Shown piece after piece: positions 20,000 through 30,624 of a stretch of DNA of 64,000 bases (the first letter of the stretch is position 1; each line of letters starts with the position of its first letter). Below the pieces are notes generated by a model that was not told the origin of the DNA, made no database searches, and was given only the letters and a program-made list of their open reading frames with translations. The stretch is from assembly GCA_963668625.2 (NCBI GenBank), contig CAXXKA010000008.1, positions 192,001 through 256,000 on the forward strand, in the 5' to 3' direction. The position numbers and the translations under genes were made by a program. This stretch comes from an uncultured candidate division Zixibacteria bacterium (lineage in GTDB: Bacteria > Zixibacteria > MSB-5A5 > UBA10806 > 4484-95).

Positions 20000-21327
20000 C
20001 ACTACTGTCCCAACGTTAGTTGAATAGTTTCAATTGGTTAGGGATTTCGGTTATAATTTCTTCCGTATCAATATCGCTAAGTCCTTGTTCTATAGGGATT
20101 TTCTCAAACAGGGTAACGCTTAAAATCTGTAGAATTTGATATAAGCTCGCTCTAAGATTTAAACGTTTCTTCACTATCGCTACCAGCACATAGATGCTGA
20201 TTGCTATCCATATCTGAGTCTTGACTGCATTGTCTGATAGCCCGAAAAACTTCTTTATCCTGAGATGGCTTTTAATCCATTTGAAGAACAGTTCCACCTG
20301 CCAACGACAGCGATATAGTTCAGCAATTGTTATTGCCGGTAAATCAAAGTTATTGGTCAGAAAGATAAAGCGTTTGTTCAATATCTGATCAATATAACTT
20401 ATGCGTCTGAGCTTCTCAGGATAATCTAATCCGGCATAATAACCTTTAAGCATAACCGTCTGGTCACTTCTTATTCCGGCTTTTACATTCTTGGGATGAG
20501 AGTAAAGGCGTCTGTAGTTGAAGTTCTTCTTGGCACGAGTTACAAAAAATGCCAGAGATTTGTGAATGCCGTATAGACGAGCATAATCTATATAAGCCTT
20601 GTCCAGAATATAAATCGCGCCGGCTTCCACCATCAGATTATCCAGGATATTTACATCATGAACCTTTCCGGGAGTAACAATTACCATGCTGGGTATATTG
20701 CCGCGCAAATCCAGAAGAGTGTGCATCTTTATAGCTCCCTTCCTTCGCCTGAATTCAGCCCAGGGGAAAAGAGACAAACACAAATCGATGGTAGTCGAAT
20801 CGAGAGCATAAACAGTCTGCTCCAATTCCACTCCGAAAGGCTCGTTAACATACAACCCTCTGGCCGTGCTGATAAGTGTCCTGGTAAAATCCTCATAAAT
20901 GCGATAATCCCTCACCTCATTGGCATGAGCTAGAGTATTGCGTGATACTTTGCCTCTGATACCCATATGATAAAGCTTAACATGAGCCGCCCTCAGGCAA
21001 GCCTCGATATCCCGCAGACTCTCTCGGTAAGTAAGCTGAGCAAAAGCCATGCAAAGATATTGGTCCCAGCAGGAAAAGCTTTTGATCTTGTAATTGCCCC
21101 GGTAACGTCCCACACATTTGAGAAATTCGTATCTCGGGACAAAGTCCATAAGCTGCGATAAAAGAATCTTGCCTGAATGCATCAGCCATCTCCTTCCGAG
21201 TTCCCCCCTCGGAAGTATGGCTAAATCGGCTTTCCAAGTTCAAATCGAAAAATTCTATTTTTTGCTAAAATCCCTTGCCAGTTATCTACTTACAGCAACT
21301 CAAAAACAAAACGTTGGGACAGTAATG
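20000..21327 (-). mobile_element. Complete IS4-family insertion sequence
   Basis: 18-bp IRs CACTACTGTCCCAACGTT / AACGTTGGGACAGTAATG (17/18); 9-bp TSD TTAATATAT on both sides. Confidence 0.95.
20016..21182 (-). CDS. IS4-family DDE transposase
   Basis: ALDSTTI, DKAY, YREK motif YRCRWQVELFFKWIK. Confidence 0.95.
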   Translation of the reverse strand: MHSGKILLSQLMDFVPRYEFLKCVGRYRGNYKIKSFSCWDQYLCMAFAQLTYRESLRDIEACLRAAHVKLYHMGIRGKVSRNTLAHANEVRDYRIYEDFTRTLISTARGLYVNEPFGVELEQTVYALDSTTIDLCLSLFPWAEFRRRKGAIKMHTLLDLRGNIPSMVIVTPGKVHDVNILDNLMVEAGAIYILDKAYIDYARLYGIHKSLAFFVTRAKKNFNYRRLYSHPKNVKAGIRSDQTVMLKGYYAGLDYPEKLRRISYIDQILNKRFIFLTNNFDLPAITIAELYRCRWQVELFFKWIKSHLRIKKFFGLSDNAVKTQIWIAISIYVLVAIVKKRLNLRASLYQILQILSVTLFEKIPIEQGLSDIDTEEIITEIPNQLKLFN

Positions 21328-21678
21328 TTAATATATATTATTTAACCCAATACTCTATAAAAAATTTGACTAATCTTTATTCTACTAGCTATAATATTAA
21401 AGATTGGGAATGGAGCGAATATCTTGAGATGTTAACTTATTTTGGTCAGCAATCCCAAAAGGTTTTCGAGAATTTTAGACATTAAGTATTTTATGGATTT
21501 ATTTGCCTGAAATAAAGGCGTGATCTGGAAAGGTGTTTTATAATTAATAGTAGTATATTATTCTCAACAAATTTATTTATGGCAGTATGCCCTAAAATAC
21601 CCCATAAGCAAAATAGCTTAAACTCAAATGTAGATCTATATAGGTTTTCTATAACCAATATAGATGCTGTAGGCTGAA

Positions 21679-22743
21679 ATGCAGAAGAAAGTAATAATTT
21701 TTCAAAGGTGGATTAAAATGATAGAATGTAGAATGTATAGATACTTGCATTTTTATATTTTTATTATATTAATAGCCAGTGCTTTTGTTTGCTTGGCAGG
21801 TGAACGAGAAGAAATAGACTGCTCGAAGAAAGCACTCCGTTGCAACCCAGGGGAAAAAATCGATAATTTGCTATCTTCGCAAATTAGACGCCTCAACGGT
21901 GCGATGAACGCGAACATATTAATAGAATTTTTAGCCTACGACCATTTGAATTATTTCCAAACCCCAGAGTATCTCAATGTCCTGAATGATGAACTAAATA
22001 CACATCCTAATTTTTCAGCTTTTTTGATTGTGCCCCCACCAGAAGAAAAAGCTGAAACTCTAGCAGTTAATCGATTCGTCGAAAAATTACCGATTGGCAA
22101 ACTTCAAGTTATTATTGATACCTTGAATTACGCAAATTTCTTGGGTTTAGAACGCAATTGCTATATGGCTGTGTTAGTTGACTCCGAAGATGTGGTACAA
22201 TTTATTAGTAGTATAACTTTGCACAACAAAACGCTTAGTCAATTGGCTAATACTTACGGAGGAGCTGTATCTAATTTAGATGCGGTGGTTGACACACTCG
22301 ATATACTCTTTGGGGTGGGAAAGATAGTACCTGATCTTGATATGACTGCTTTAAGTAGCATGGATAGGATTAATCTGGCAGATTTTAATGATAAGGAATG
22401 CACGTGCTTTTTATTTAGTGCAGCTTGCAGTAAATGTCAAATACGTTCATTTTTATTCAAGCTCTCTCATCTACAGCCAAAATTAGTAAGTGAGGGAAAT
22501 AGGAAATTGCTTTGCTTAATCGATGGTTCGCTAGAAGAAAACGAATTGGTTGATTATGTTGAATCGTTTGATATCAATGTACCGGTGTTTATAACTTATC
22601 AATTTGATAACGTGCCCAGTAGACACTTTGGCGCTGATGAAGAAGAAACCAATTCTAAAGTTATAAAATGGGATGAGAGAGGCGTTATTTACGATAGCGA
22701 AAATATTGAAGCTTATTTCGAACGTTTGGAAGGAAAACAATAA
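21679..22743 (+). CDS. Exported thioredoxin/redoxin-fold-like protein (start may be later)
   Basis: Hydrophobic N-terminal segment; VPDLDM..FLFSAACSKC CxxC motif. Confidence 0.55.
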   Translation: MQKKVIIFQRWIKMIECRMYRYLHFYIFIILIASAFVCLAGEREEIDCSKKALRCNPGEKIDNLLSSQIRRLNGAMNANILIEFLAYDHLNYFQTPEYLNVLNDELNTHPNFSAFLIVPPPEEKAETLAVNRFVEKLPIGKLQVIIDTLNYANFLGLERNCYMAVLVDSEDVVQFISSITLHNKTLSQLANTYGGAVSNLDAVVDTLDILFGVGKIVPDLDMTALSSMDRINLADFNDKECTCFLFSAACSKCQIRSFLFKLSHLQPKLVSEGNRKLLCLIDGSLEENELVDYVESFDINVPVFITYQFDNVPSRHFGADEEETNSKVIKWDERGVIYDSENIEAYFERLEGKQ

Positions 22744-22760
22744 CTAATTAAGGGACTTTT

Positions 22761-23855
22761 ATGTATAGGTACAATACGCTTATAAACGCAATTTTGATTT
22801 CTATGATTTGTATGCCTTGTAGTATCACTCTCGCGGTAGATCGTATTATTCCTGTTGATACTCTTTATTATGATGTAACATTCGGCCAAGGAAAAGATAT
22901 TAGTTTGAATCACCCTGACGCATTTACCGCTTTGCCCGATGGAAGTGTTTTAGTTTCAGATGATGAAGAGAACAGATTAGTACATTTTTCATCTGATGGA
23001 GAATTCCTCGGGACGTTCGGAACATTGGGATCAGGTGAAAACCAATTCTACAATCCCACTGATATCATTTGTAACTCCGAAACAATATTTATCGCAGACC
23101 GAGGCAATCAGAGAATAGCTATGTTGTCTTGTGATTTAAGCTGGAAAGGAGCTATCGATGTGGAAATATACCCTGACGTAATAGCCCTTTCATCGGACAG
23201 TACGATATTTGTTGGTTCCCGATATCAATTACCTGACGGAAATTTACTAATGCAATATGATCTTAAAGGTCATTTATTAGGTTCCTGCGGAACTCCTTTT
23301 GGCACGGAAGAAGATCCATTCGGTTGCAGGACTGCTATTAATATTCTAACGGCATCAATGGTAGGTCAGGATCATTTATTTATGTGCTTTAAGGGATTGG
23401 CTTATTGTAAATGCTGCAAACACGAAGACGAGGAATGGCAAATTAAATATGATATTGATATAGTCAGGACAGCATTTTATGAAAACTATTTTCCTTCAAA
23501 GACTTTATTCAGCATTAGTGGACGAAATAAGGTTGAAGATTTCGTTGATGATTTAAGGGATAAATATAGTATTGATCATGCGGTTAATGTTGTCTTATTT
23601 ATTCAAGATATTATTGGGGTTGACGATCGCATGTTAGCCGTTGTTTTTAACACAATACATGAATATTCGAATTCGGGAGAATTATTAAAGCGATCGATTA
23701 TTCTGGACGGTGATGGCGAGCAGATTTCCTTTGAGCGAATTGCGATGGGACTTAATAACCAATTATTCGTTATGTCAAAATATCATTCATCCAGCTGCTG
23801 GAGGGTTAACTATAATTTTCAACAAAATTACATGGAGGAAAACCATGAAAAGTAA
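22761..23855 (+). CDS. Exported NHL/6-bladed beta-propeller protein
   Basis: Signal peptide; FGTLGSGENQFYNPTDI, IFIADRGNQRI NHL repeats. Confidence 0.8.
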   Translation: MYRYNTLINAILISMICMPCSITLAVDRIIPVDTLYYDVTFGQGKDISLNHPDAFTALPDGSVLVSDDEENRLVHFSSDGEFLGTFGTLGSGENQFYNPTDIICNSETIFIADRGNQRIAMLSCDLSWKGAIDVEIYPDVIALSSDSTIFVGSRYQLPDGNLLMQYDLKGHLLGSCGTPFGTEEDPFGCRTAINILTASMVGQDHLFMCFKGLAYCKCCKHEDEEWQIKYDIDIVRTAFYENYFPSKTLFSISGRNKVEDFVDDLRDKYSIDHAVNVVLFIQDIIGVDDRMLAVVFNTIHEYSNSGELLKRSIILDGDGEQISFERIAMGLNNQLFVMSKYHSSSCWRVNYNFQQNYMEENHEK

Positions 23856-24069
23856 TTCCATGACGGTTATTGCCGTCGCTTTGTTACTGGTTCTCGGTAT
23901 GGCCTTTACCGCAATTGCTGACGGAATACCAATGTGCAGTTGCTCTAGGACATGTAGTTCCGGTTGGTCTTTGAGTTGCTCTTTAACTGGACCATGTCCC
24001 TGTGACAGCGGGTGTAAATCTTACGAGGGGGCTTGGTGCACTTGCGGTAATCTGCCAGTTGGTTCCTAA
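23845..24069 (+). CDS. Small secreted Cys-rich peptide (74 aa, 9 Cys)
   Basis: GGAGG RBS, ATG 23845, signal peptide ending AIA|DG, mature DGIPMCSCSRTCSSGWSLSCSLTGPCPCDSGCKSYEGAWCTCGNLPVGS. Confidence 0.8.
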   Translation: MKSNSMTVIAVALLLVLGMAFTAIADGIPMCSCSRTCSSGWSLSCSLTGPCPCDSGCKSYEGAWCTCGNLPVGS

Positions 24070-24089
24070 TTTCAGCATGAATTAAAATC

Positions 24090-24130
24090 GGGGATCCGGG
24101 GGTGGAATATCCTTTTGCCGGATCCCCCTT
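24090..24130 (+). terminator. GC-rich stem-loop after the peptide gene (partial terminator or mRNA stabiliser)
   Basis: GGGGATCCGG...CCGGATCCCC 10-bp stem with a weak U tract. Confidence 0.6.
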
Positions 24131-24167
24131 GAGTGAACTTTTAGTTTAAACGAGGTTAAAATTACTG

Positions 24168-25550
24168 GTGAGAAGAGATAATGGTAATATATCAACGTTA
24201 CTAACAATGACTCTCTGGCGTATTTACCGAAATATTTGGAATCTTAAAATCGCAATGGCTATAATTGCCTCGATAGCTCTCGGTATAGGGCACGGATATT
24301 TAGATGGGCTTCGGTTTTCTCAGGTTAGAAATGAGTATGTCAATCTCCAGAAATCAAATGAAGCCAATTTTGAAAAAGCTGCGACTTATTCGCAAATACT
24401 GCCATCAGTAGTAGCCCGGCCTAACCCAAATAGCATAATATGTGGTAATGCAAGAGATCTTGTGGTCGGAGCAGCTGTTTTACGTGGGATATTAGGGCAA
24501 CCTATTTTTTATAATCCCTATACTTTAGATAATCCCTACCTTTATTTTGCCGTTTCAGGAGGATTCGGAGGCTCAATATTGCTTTTACATGCGCTTTTTG
24601 CGCTTGCGTTAACTTACAACTCCGTATCCACTGATACCAGAATTAGTGCAGTTCGTCTCCTTTTTTCATTTGGAATTAGCCGTCTTGCTTATCTTTTTGC
24701 CGAGTGGCTTGCGGCTGTAGTCACCATGTTAATCCCCCTGGTTATAGGATTAATCGTGTTTATAGTTGCCGCTGGTACGGCTGGCGCTGAAATCAAGATA
24801 TTCTCAACTCCAATAGTAGGACTGATATTGTTATCTTTGTGTATTACATCAGCATACGCGTGGTTAGGGTTATGGTTATCGGCAAGCATGAAATCGTCTC
24901 ATTCCGCCCTTACCCTTGCTGTCGTGATCTGGGCTTGTACTACCTGGTTACTACCTTCGTTAGCATCCGAAACCGCTCGCTTAATTCAACCAATAAACAA
25001 TGATATAAATGCTAAACTTGAAGGGCCTTCATTTCAAGATTCCATCATTGTGGCTTCCTTGCCAACAAAACCCTCAGAAGGTGTTGACAACTGGACTGCA
25101 AGTAGTGTACAATTTACGATTGAGGGATATTATAGCAAGCAATCACTGAATATACAACAGAGAAATATGCTAACGGAACAATTCAAGGTATATGAGATAC
25201 TGTGCATCTCTTCTCCAATTGCATATTCGCAACTTTCATTAGCATCGATTTGTGAAGCGGGAGAAAATGGCGCTAGGGACTTTATTAAATATTGTCTCTT
25301 ACAAAATGATTTTTTGTATCAATGGCAGCGTGAGCATATTAAACGTGACCCGCAAAGATTTTTCGTAAAGACGGGTACTGACGATCCCTTGGATCTAAAT
25401 GGCTTGGAGAATATTCAACATTACGCTTCAACCAGTTCACCTGTAAGAACGTTTGTTGTCTCGTTTTTGCCTTTAATAATATGGAATACCATATTAGCTA
25501 TTGGATCTATAATTTCTTTCAATAAAAAATCACTGGTGCAGACTCAATGA
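24168..25550 (+). CDS. ABC-2 type permease with extracytoplasmic loops
   Basis: Multi-TM; 'RLLFSFGISR' cytoplasmic loop; paralogous layout to the next gene. Confidence 0.7.
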   Translation: MRRDNGNISTLLTMTLWRIYRNIWNLKIAMAIIASIALGIGHGYLDGLRFSQVRNEYVNLQKSNEANFEKAATYSQILPSVVARPNPNSIICGNARDLVVGAAVLRGILGQPIFYNPYTLDNPYLYFAVSGGFGGSILLLHALFALALTYNSVSTDTRISAVRLLFSFGISRLAYLFAEWLAAVVTMLIPLVIGLIVFIVAAGTAGAEIKIFSTPIVGLILLSLCITSAYAWLGLWLSASMKSSHSALTLAVVIWACTTWLLPSLASETARLIQPINNDINAKLEGPSFQDSIIVASLPTKPSEGVDNWTASSVQFTIEGYYSKQSLNIQQRNMLTEQFKVYEILCISSPIAYSQLSLASICEAGENGARDFIKYCLLQNDFLYQWQREHIKRDPQRFFVKTGTDDPLDLNGLENIQHYASTSSPVRTFVVSFLPLIIWNTILAIGSIISFNKKSLVQTQ

Positions 25551-26992
25551 TTAGCATTATTGCCTGGCATAGTTTTCGCGGAAAAAAAGCGACTGGATTA
25601 TTCAAGTATTATATTTTGGGCCTTTTTCTGCTATTCCTTGTTTGTTCTATTAGTTTTATATTTGATATTTGGAGAAACCAAAAGGAGTATAATCAAAATT
25701 TACTGAAACTAAGAAGCAAATCAACACTGGAACGTACCTATGCCATATTACCGATGAGTACCTTAGCTTTTATTTCAGCTTCAAATGATGCGATTTTACC
25801 ATCTTGGCTAGAAGTATTACCCTATGAGGTCGTCGACAATGGTGGAAAATCCGAACCTGGCAGTTATTTGATTAGTGGAGGATCGATAGACTGGTGTTTC
25901 ATAATAGGCATTTGGTCAAGCCTGGCGGCAATTCTTTTTTCATCAAATTCCGTGTCTAACCGTAGAACAAGCAGAATATTGCGTCTCTATTGGTCATATC
26001 CGATATCAAGAGGTCAGTATTTCTGGGGGAATTTTGCGGGCCAATTTTTTTCAGCATATTTGCCGCTACTTATTTTTGCGAGTTTGAGCCTGTTGGTTAA
26101 CATGGTTTTTCTCATGGTTGGAGGTATTCAATTTAATATTATAGATTCGGTTTTAAAGGCAATAATAGTAATAATTTCTGCTATACCATACTTGGGTTTT
26201 TTTATACTAGTTGGTTGGCTTACCTCATTGTTATGGGAATCAAAGTCGGCCTCGATTTTAGGTAGTTTAACGATCTGGGTAATACTTGTATGGATGTGGC
26301 CGATTTTGGGAATGATGATAGGAGGTTTTGTACAACCTCTTGAACATTATGAAGATGCAAAACTTAAGTGGAGTAAAATCGAAAATGAATCTCTAGGATC
26401 GCTTTCAACTCGGCCTTTAATGAAGATTGTTGACAGCTATGCAAATAGTAATGAGAAACTAAAACAAATAAAGTTACTTGAAACTGATATAGAGCGAGAG
26501 GCAGAGGCTGAAATCCAGCGAGCCGATGATAAAGCTCGATCTATACGTAAAAATTATTATTTTAAAAGAAAAAGCCAAACTGAGGCAGCGATATCATTGA
26601 TTATTATCTCGCCGTATGGTCTATGGAAGAATATGGTTGATATTCTCGTTCCAGCGAATTTTAATCGTTACCACGAGTTTGCCAGACAGGCTAATGAATA
26701 TTCCAGGGAGTTTGGCATTTTTTCGGATGATTTTAAAAAACAGGTTATCAACAAAGCTCAATACACCACTATTGCTAGCACTTCATATAGAGGATATACT
26801 ATGGAATACCGAGCTAAGCCTGTCTTTAATCATATTGTTTTACCAGAGTCTGCCCCCAAATATTTCTGGATTACACCATCTCTAGTAAGTCTGTTACATA
26901 TCTGGTCTATAAGGTTTGGGTTCATGTGTGCATATTTCTTGACGATATATATATTTATAATGCTGTTATTTCGAAAATGCAGTTTGGCTTGA
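25547..26992 (+). CDS. ABC-2 type permease with extracytoplasmic loops
   Basis: Multi-TM; 'ILRLYWSYPISR..FWG'; ATGA overlap with the previous gene. Confidence 0.7.
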   Translation: MISIIAWHSFRGKKATGLFKYYILGLFLLFLVCSISFIFDIWRNQKEYNQNLLKLRSKSTLERTYAILPMSTLAFISASNDAILPSWLEVLPYEVVDNGGKSEPGSYLISGGSIDWCFIIGIWSSLAAILFSSNSVSNRRTSRILRLYWSYPISRGQYFWGNFAGQFFSAYLPLLIFASLSLLVNMVFLMVGGIQFNIIDSVLKAIIVIISAIPYLGFFILVGWLTSLLWESKSASILGSLTIWVILVWMWPILGMMIGGFVQPLEHYEDAKLKWSKIENESLGSLSTRPLMKIVDSYANSNEKLKQIKLLETDIEREAEAEIQRADDKARSIRKNYYFKRKSQTEAAISLIIISPYGLWKNMVDILVPANFNRYHEFARQANEYSREFGIFSDDFKKQVINKAQYTTIASTSYRGYTMEYRAKPVFNHIVLPESAPKYFWITPSLVSLLHIWSIRFGFMCAYFLTIYIFIMLLFRKCSLA

Positions 26993-27001
26993 CGAGGTAC
27001 T

Positions 27002-28498
27002 ATGGTTAAGGGATTTTGGAAAGAGAAATTTAGCAAGATAGCAGTGATAAAGCCCAAATACAGTTATTTTACAGCTATATGTTTTATAGCTTTATATTGG
27101 ATTATCTTATGGGGAAGTTCTATAGCGCAGATAATTTATAATCCTAATGATGAAAGGTTTCGGCAATTAGCACTGGAAAAATGCGTCTGGACCTATCGTG
27201 AAAATCGCGATGTTTACAATCGAGCAATCAGATTAAAAGATAAAGATTTGATTTCGGATGCGGAGTATATATCTATTGAGCGAGAATATAAAATCGCCGA
27301 AATCGAACTTAAACAGGCGCTGCTGGCTCTAACTCAGGAAGCACCTCATATTGCAGTTGAGCGGGCTATTACTCACCGCGATTCTGCCGGCCGGATAACA
27401 ATAGAGATTGTCTTAAAAAATTTAAGCCAGGTCTCGGAATCCATTGAAATAGATTCGTTATTTTCCGAAATTGCCGGAGATATTTCGATAAATGATATTT
27501 CTACCTTGAGAAATGTATTTGTTTCTTTAAAAGACAATGGGGTAATTATTGCTTTACCATATGAGCGCAGAATTGATATTCTATATCCAGGTGATTCCGT
27601 TAGTCTTGAGTTCGAACTTCTAAGGGATTTAGAACAGGTTGAGGTATACGCCCAGTACTCAGGCAAAATGGAAACGAAACAAATACTCATCCAGAAAGGT
27701 ACCGGCACGGCGGCGCTCCAAATAAGTTCATCACCTATGGCCCAAGAAGCTGCATATGCTTCAACTGCCTCGTATCTTATGCAATTTGATAGGGGAACAG
27801 ATGAAGCGATAGGGTATGACCTTCGTATTGAAGGTTTGCCAGAGTTGTTTCAGGCGAATTTCATCGATGTCGCGACTCAAGCTAGGGTATCGAAACTCAT
27901 CTTTAGCCCTGCAAGTTTAAGCCATCAGCTTACGTTGGAAGTTCACTTGCCGGATCGTAAAACCGAAACGGGACCAGCTGCCGATTCGTTGCTCCGTTTT
28001 ACTGTGGCGGCAGTATCAACTATCGATGAAAACAGGCAAAGCCGCATCGAATTAGAATTGGTACCTATAGGAATAGGCGAAATTACTTTGCGTGCTGATA
28101 ACTGGCAATATAACGGGACTATTAAACAACCTCCAATCTTGAACATTGTAGCTCGTAATACAGGTTCTGTTGAGCTTAAGGATATTCGTTGGGATGTAGA
28201 CATGCCGGCGGGGTGGCAGGCAGATATCAAGCCGCCCAATATCGAAATACTGAAACCGGGTGATGAAGTTATATCTCAGATTTCTATCATTCTTCCTCCC
28301 GATGAGTTTCAAGGAGATTATGAAATTAATATTCGAGCCTTTACTATATATGCCGGTCGCCATATCGACAGTGGCAGGAAAACATTTCGTATAGAATTGC
28401 ATTCCACAAGTAATAGGGTAATTATTTGGGTTATACTATTGGGGATAATAATTATATCAGCCGCTGCTTGGTTAGGCATTCGGATTAATAAAAGGTAA
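27002..28498 (+). CDS. Membrane-anchored Ig/NEW3-domain protein
   Basis: Signal peptide, helical hairpin, NTGSVELKDI..PAGWQ..GDYEINI NEW3-like region, C-terminal TM. Confidence 0.7.
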   Translation: MVKGFWKEKFSKIAVIKPKYSYFTAICFIALYWIILWGSSIAQIIYNPNDERFRQLALEKCVWTYRENRDVYNRAIRLKDKDLISDAEYISIEREYKIAEIELKQALLALTQEAPHIAVERAITHRDSAGRITIEIVLKNLSQVSESIEIDSLFSEIAGDISINDISTLRNVFVSLKDNGVIIALPYERRIDILYPGDSVSLEFELLRDLEQVEVYAQYSGKMETKQILIQKGTGTAALQISSSPMAQEAAYASTASYLMQFDRGTDEAIGYDLRIEGLPELFQANFIDVATQARVSKLIFSPASLSHQLTLEVHLPDRKTETGPAADSLLRFTVAAVSTIDENRQSRIELELVPIGIGEITLRADNWQYNGTIKQPPILNIVARNTGSVELKDIRWDVDMPAGWQADIKPPNIEILKPGDEVISQISIILPPDEFQGDYEINIRAFTIYAGRHIDSGRKTFRIELHSTSNRVIIWVILLGIIIISAAAWLGIRINKR

Positions 28499-28507
28499 GA
28501 GGTATAT

Positions 28508-29233
28508 ATGTTACGAGCTAGTTCAATTAACATGAAATATCCTGGAGGTGCTCAAGCTTTAGATAATGTTTCTTTGACAGTGCCTAATGGTCATATTTAT
28601 TGTTTATTGGGCTCAAATGGAGCCGGGAAATCTACTTTGATTCATCTTTTTCTAGATTTTATCAGGCCTGATTCTGGGAACACATATGTTGACGATATAC
28701 TAGTCCAGGAAAATCCTGTATTAGCAAGACATAATCTTGCTTATCTTCCCGATCAAGTGGAGTTGTTCGAAGAGATGTCTGGCGCAGACAATCTGACGTT
28801 TTTTTGCAGGATTGCGAAACAAAATATAAACTCCAATCAAATAACTAATTTGTTCGATGCTGTCAATTTAGAGCCGCATTGGAGCACAAAAAAAGTTGGG
28901 ACCTATTCTCGAGGAATGAGGCAAAAACTTGGCCTGGCGATTCTGATAGGAAGAAATGCAGGATCATTTTTGATGGATGAACCGACACTGGGTCTTGATC
29001 CACAATCAAGTCGAGATTTAGTTGAGGTTATTTTAAAATTAAAATCGGAAAATTCATCTGTTTTGGTTTCAACACATGATCTATTGCGAGCCCAACAAAT
29101 TGCGGATACAATAGGAATATTAAAAAAAGGGAAACTTATAACCGAAATAAGTAAATCTGATATAGCTAAAATTGATTTGGAAAAAGTATATTTGGAATAT
29201 CTGGATTATTGTGAAAAGGATACGCCTGTATAA
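28508..29233 (+). CDS. ABC transporter ATP-binding protein
   Basis: GSNGAGKS, YSRGMRQK, MDEPT, STHD. Confidence 0.92.
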   Translation: MLRASSINMKYPGGAQALDNVSLTVPNGHIYCLLGSNGAGKSTLIHLFLDFIRPDSGNTYVDDILVQENPVLARHNLAYLPDQVELFEEMSGADNLTFFCRIAKQNINSNQITNLFDAVNLEPHWSTKKVGTYSRGMRQKLGLAILIGRNAGSFLMDEPTLGLDPQSSRDLVEVILKLKSENSSVLVSTHDLLRAQQIADTIGILKKGKLITEISKSDIAKIDLEKVYLEYLDYCEKDTPV

Positions 29234-29390
29234 AATAGTTAATACAATTTAAAGCCAGATATAGAATATAACGCCGGTAGGGGGTTGGATAAACAATTTC
29301 AGGAAATGTTTATTTCGATAATTAGCTGGTCAATAATCCTCTTAATATCATAGCACTTAGCTTCCCCCCATTGTTTGGACAGTAATTTAG

Positions 29391-30260
29391 CTAAAATAAG
29401 GTGGAATTTCTAAGTATTAGTCCATTATTTTTCTGTTTAATCGATTCCTTTTTTGAATTTAAATTATAAACCTCATAAGGCGTCTTGCCGTTTAAGGCCT
29501 GATGGAAACGTTCGGTGTTGTAGAATTCGAAATACCTCTTCAAACCGAGGTAAGCCTCCGCCGGCGTCTGGTAATCGTGAATGTATACCTCCTCGTACTT
29601 GACCGATCTCCACAGACGCTCGACAAAAATATTGTCAAGATACCGACCGCGACCGTCCATGCTGATAGCGATCCGCTTGTCTTGCAGTACACCGGTGAAA
29701 TCCTTGTCGGTAAACTGTGTTCCCTGATCGCTGTTGAATATCTCCGGCTGTTTGCCATCCAACGATTCCTCCAATGCCTCCACGCAGAAAGAGCTCTCAA
29801 GAGTATTGGACAAACGCCAGGCAAGAACGTAACGCGAGAACCAATCAATCACTGCCGCCAGATAGAGAAAGCCCCGGCTAAGACGAATATACGTGATATC
29901 GGCGCTCCAGACCTGGTCAACATGATCAATCAGGACATCGCGTAAAAGATACGGATATATCTTGTTAGACGGACAAGGCTTGCTCGTATTTGGAACAGCT
30001 TGAAGACCCATAATCCTCATCAGACGTTCAACCCGCTTGTGATTTATATCATATCCCTGAGACTTTAGACAGAGTGTCATCTTAGGACTGCCGTAAAACG
30101 GGGTCCTGGTATATTGCTCGTCAAGCAGACGCATAAGTGTCAGGTTCAAATCGCTTTCCCCAGTAGGCCGGTAGTAGTAGCTTGAACGGGGAAGCCCCAA
30201 AAGCTGGCACTGACGGCTAATTGAAATGTCCGGGTTTGATCGTTCCACCAGATTCCTCAA
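29391..30260 (-). CDS. IS3 transposase OrfB (integrase core)
   Basis: WSADITY, NSDQGTQF, DNIFVERLWRSVKYE. Confidence 0.93.
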   Translation of the reverse strand: MRNLVERSNPDISISRQCQLLGLPRSSYYYRPTGESDLNLTLMRLLDEQYTRTPFYGSPKMTLCLKSQGYDINHKRVERLMRIMGLQAVPNTSKPCPSNKIYPYLLRDVLIDHVDQVWSADITYIRLSRGFLYLAAVIDWFSRYVLAWRLSNTLESSFCVEALEESLDGKQPEIFNSDQGTQFTDKDFTGVLQDKRIAISMDGRGRYLDNIFVERLWRSVKYEEVYIHDYQTPAEAYLGLKRYFEFYNTERFHQALNGKTPYEVYNLNSKKESIKQKNNGLILRNSTLF

Positions 30261-30264
30261 ATCC

Positions 30265-30552
30265 TCAGGCGAGACGCCCGCTCCTTTTTTTTAGAAATGC
30301 CAACTCCACCTGAAGCTTGCCAATCTCCTGATAGAGAGCATCCATCCTGGCTTGCTCATCCTCCCGCAACTTGGCCTTGCCGTTAGAAAAGGCTTCCGGG
30401 AGAGACTGTAAAGCCTGCTTCTTCCACATACCAACCTGATTAGGGTGTACTTCGTATTCCGAGGCTATCTGATTAACGGTCTTCTGACCGCGAATGGCCT
30501 CTATGGCTACTTTTGCTTTAAGCTCCCCGCTGTATCGACTTCGCTTCATCAA
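30265..30552 (-). CDS. IS3 transposase OrfA (HTH)
   Basis: KAKVAIEA..HPNQV..WKK..LYQEIGKLQVEL; A8 run at 30285-30292. Confidence 0.92.
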   Translation of the reverse strand: MMKRSRYSGELKAKVAIEAIRGQKTVNQIASEYEVHPNQVGMWKKQALQSLPEAFSNGKAKLREDEQARMDALYQEIGKLQVELAFLKKRSGRLA

Positions 30553-30624
30553 TTACCCTTTCTGGACATTTCTACTAATTTAATACCACCTTAAACAATT
30601 GTCCAGTTTTTGGGGGAAAGCTCA

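Larger units (their letters stand above)
29357..30624 (-). mobile_element. IS3-family insertion sequence
   Basis: Imperfect 25-bp IRs TGAGCTTTCCCCCAAAAACTGGACA / TTAGCTTCCCCCCATTGTTTGGACA; orfA+orfB; no visible TSD. Confidence 0.88.
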
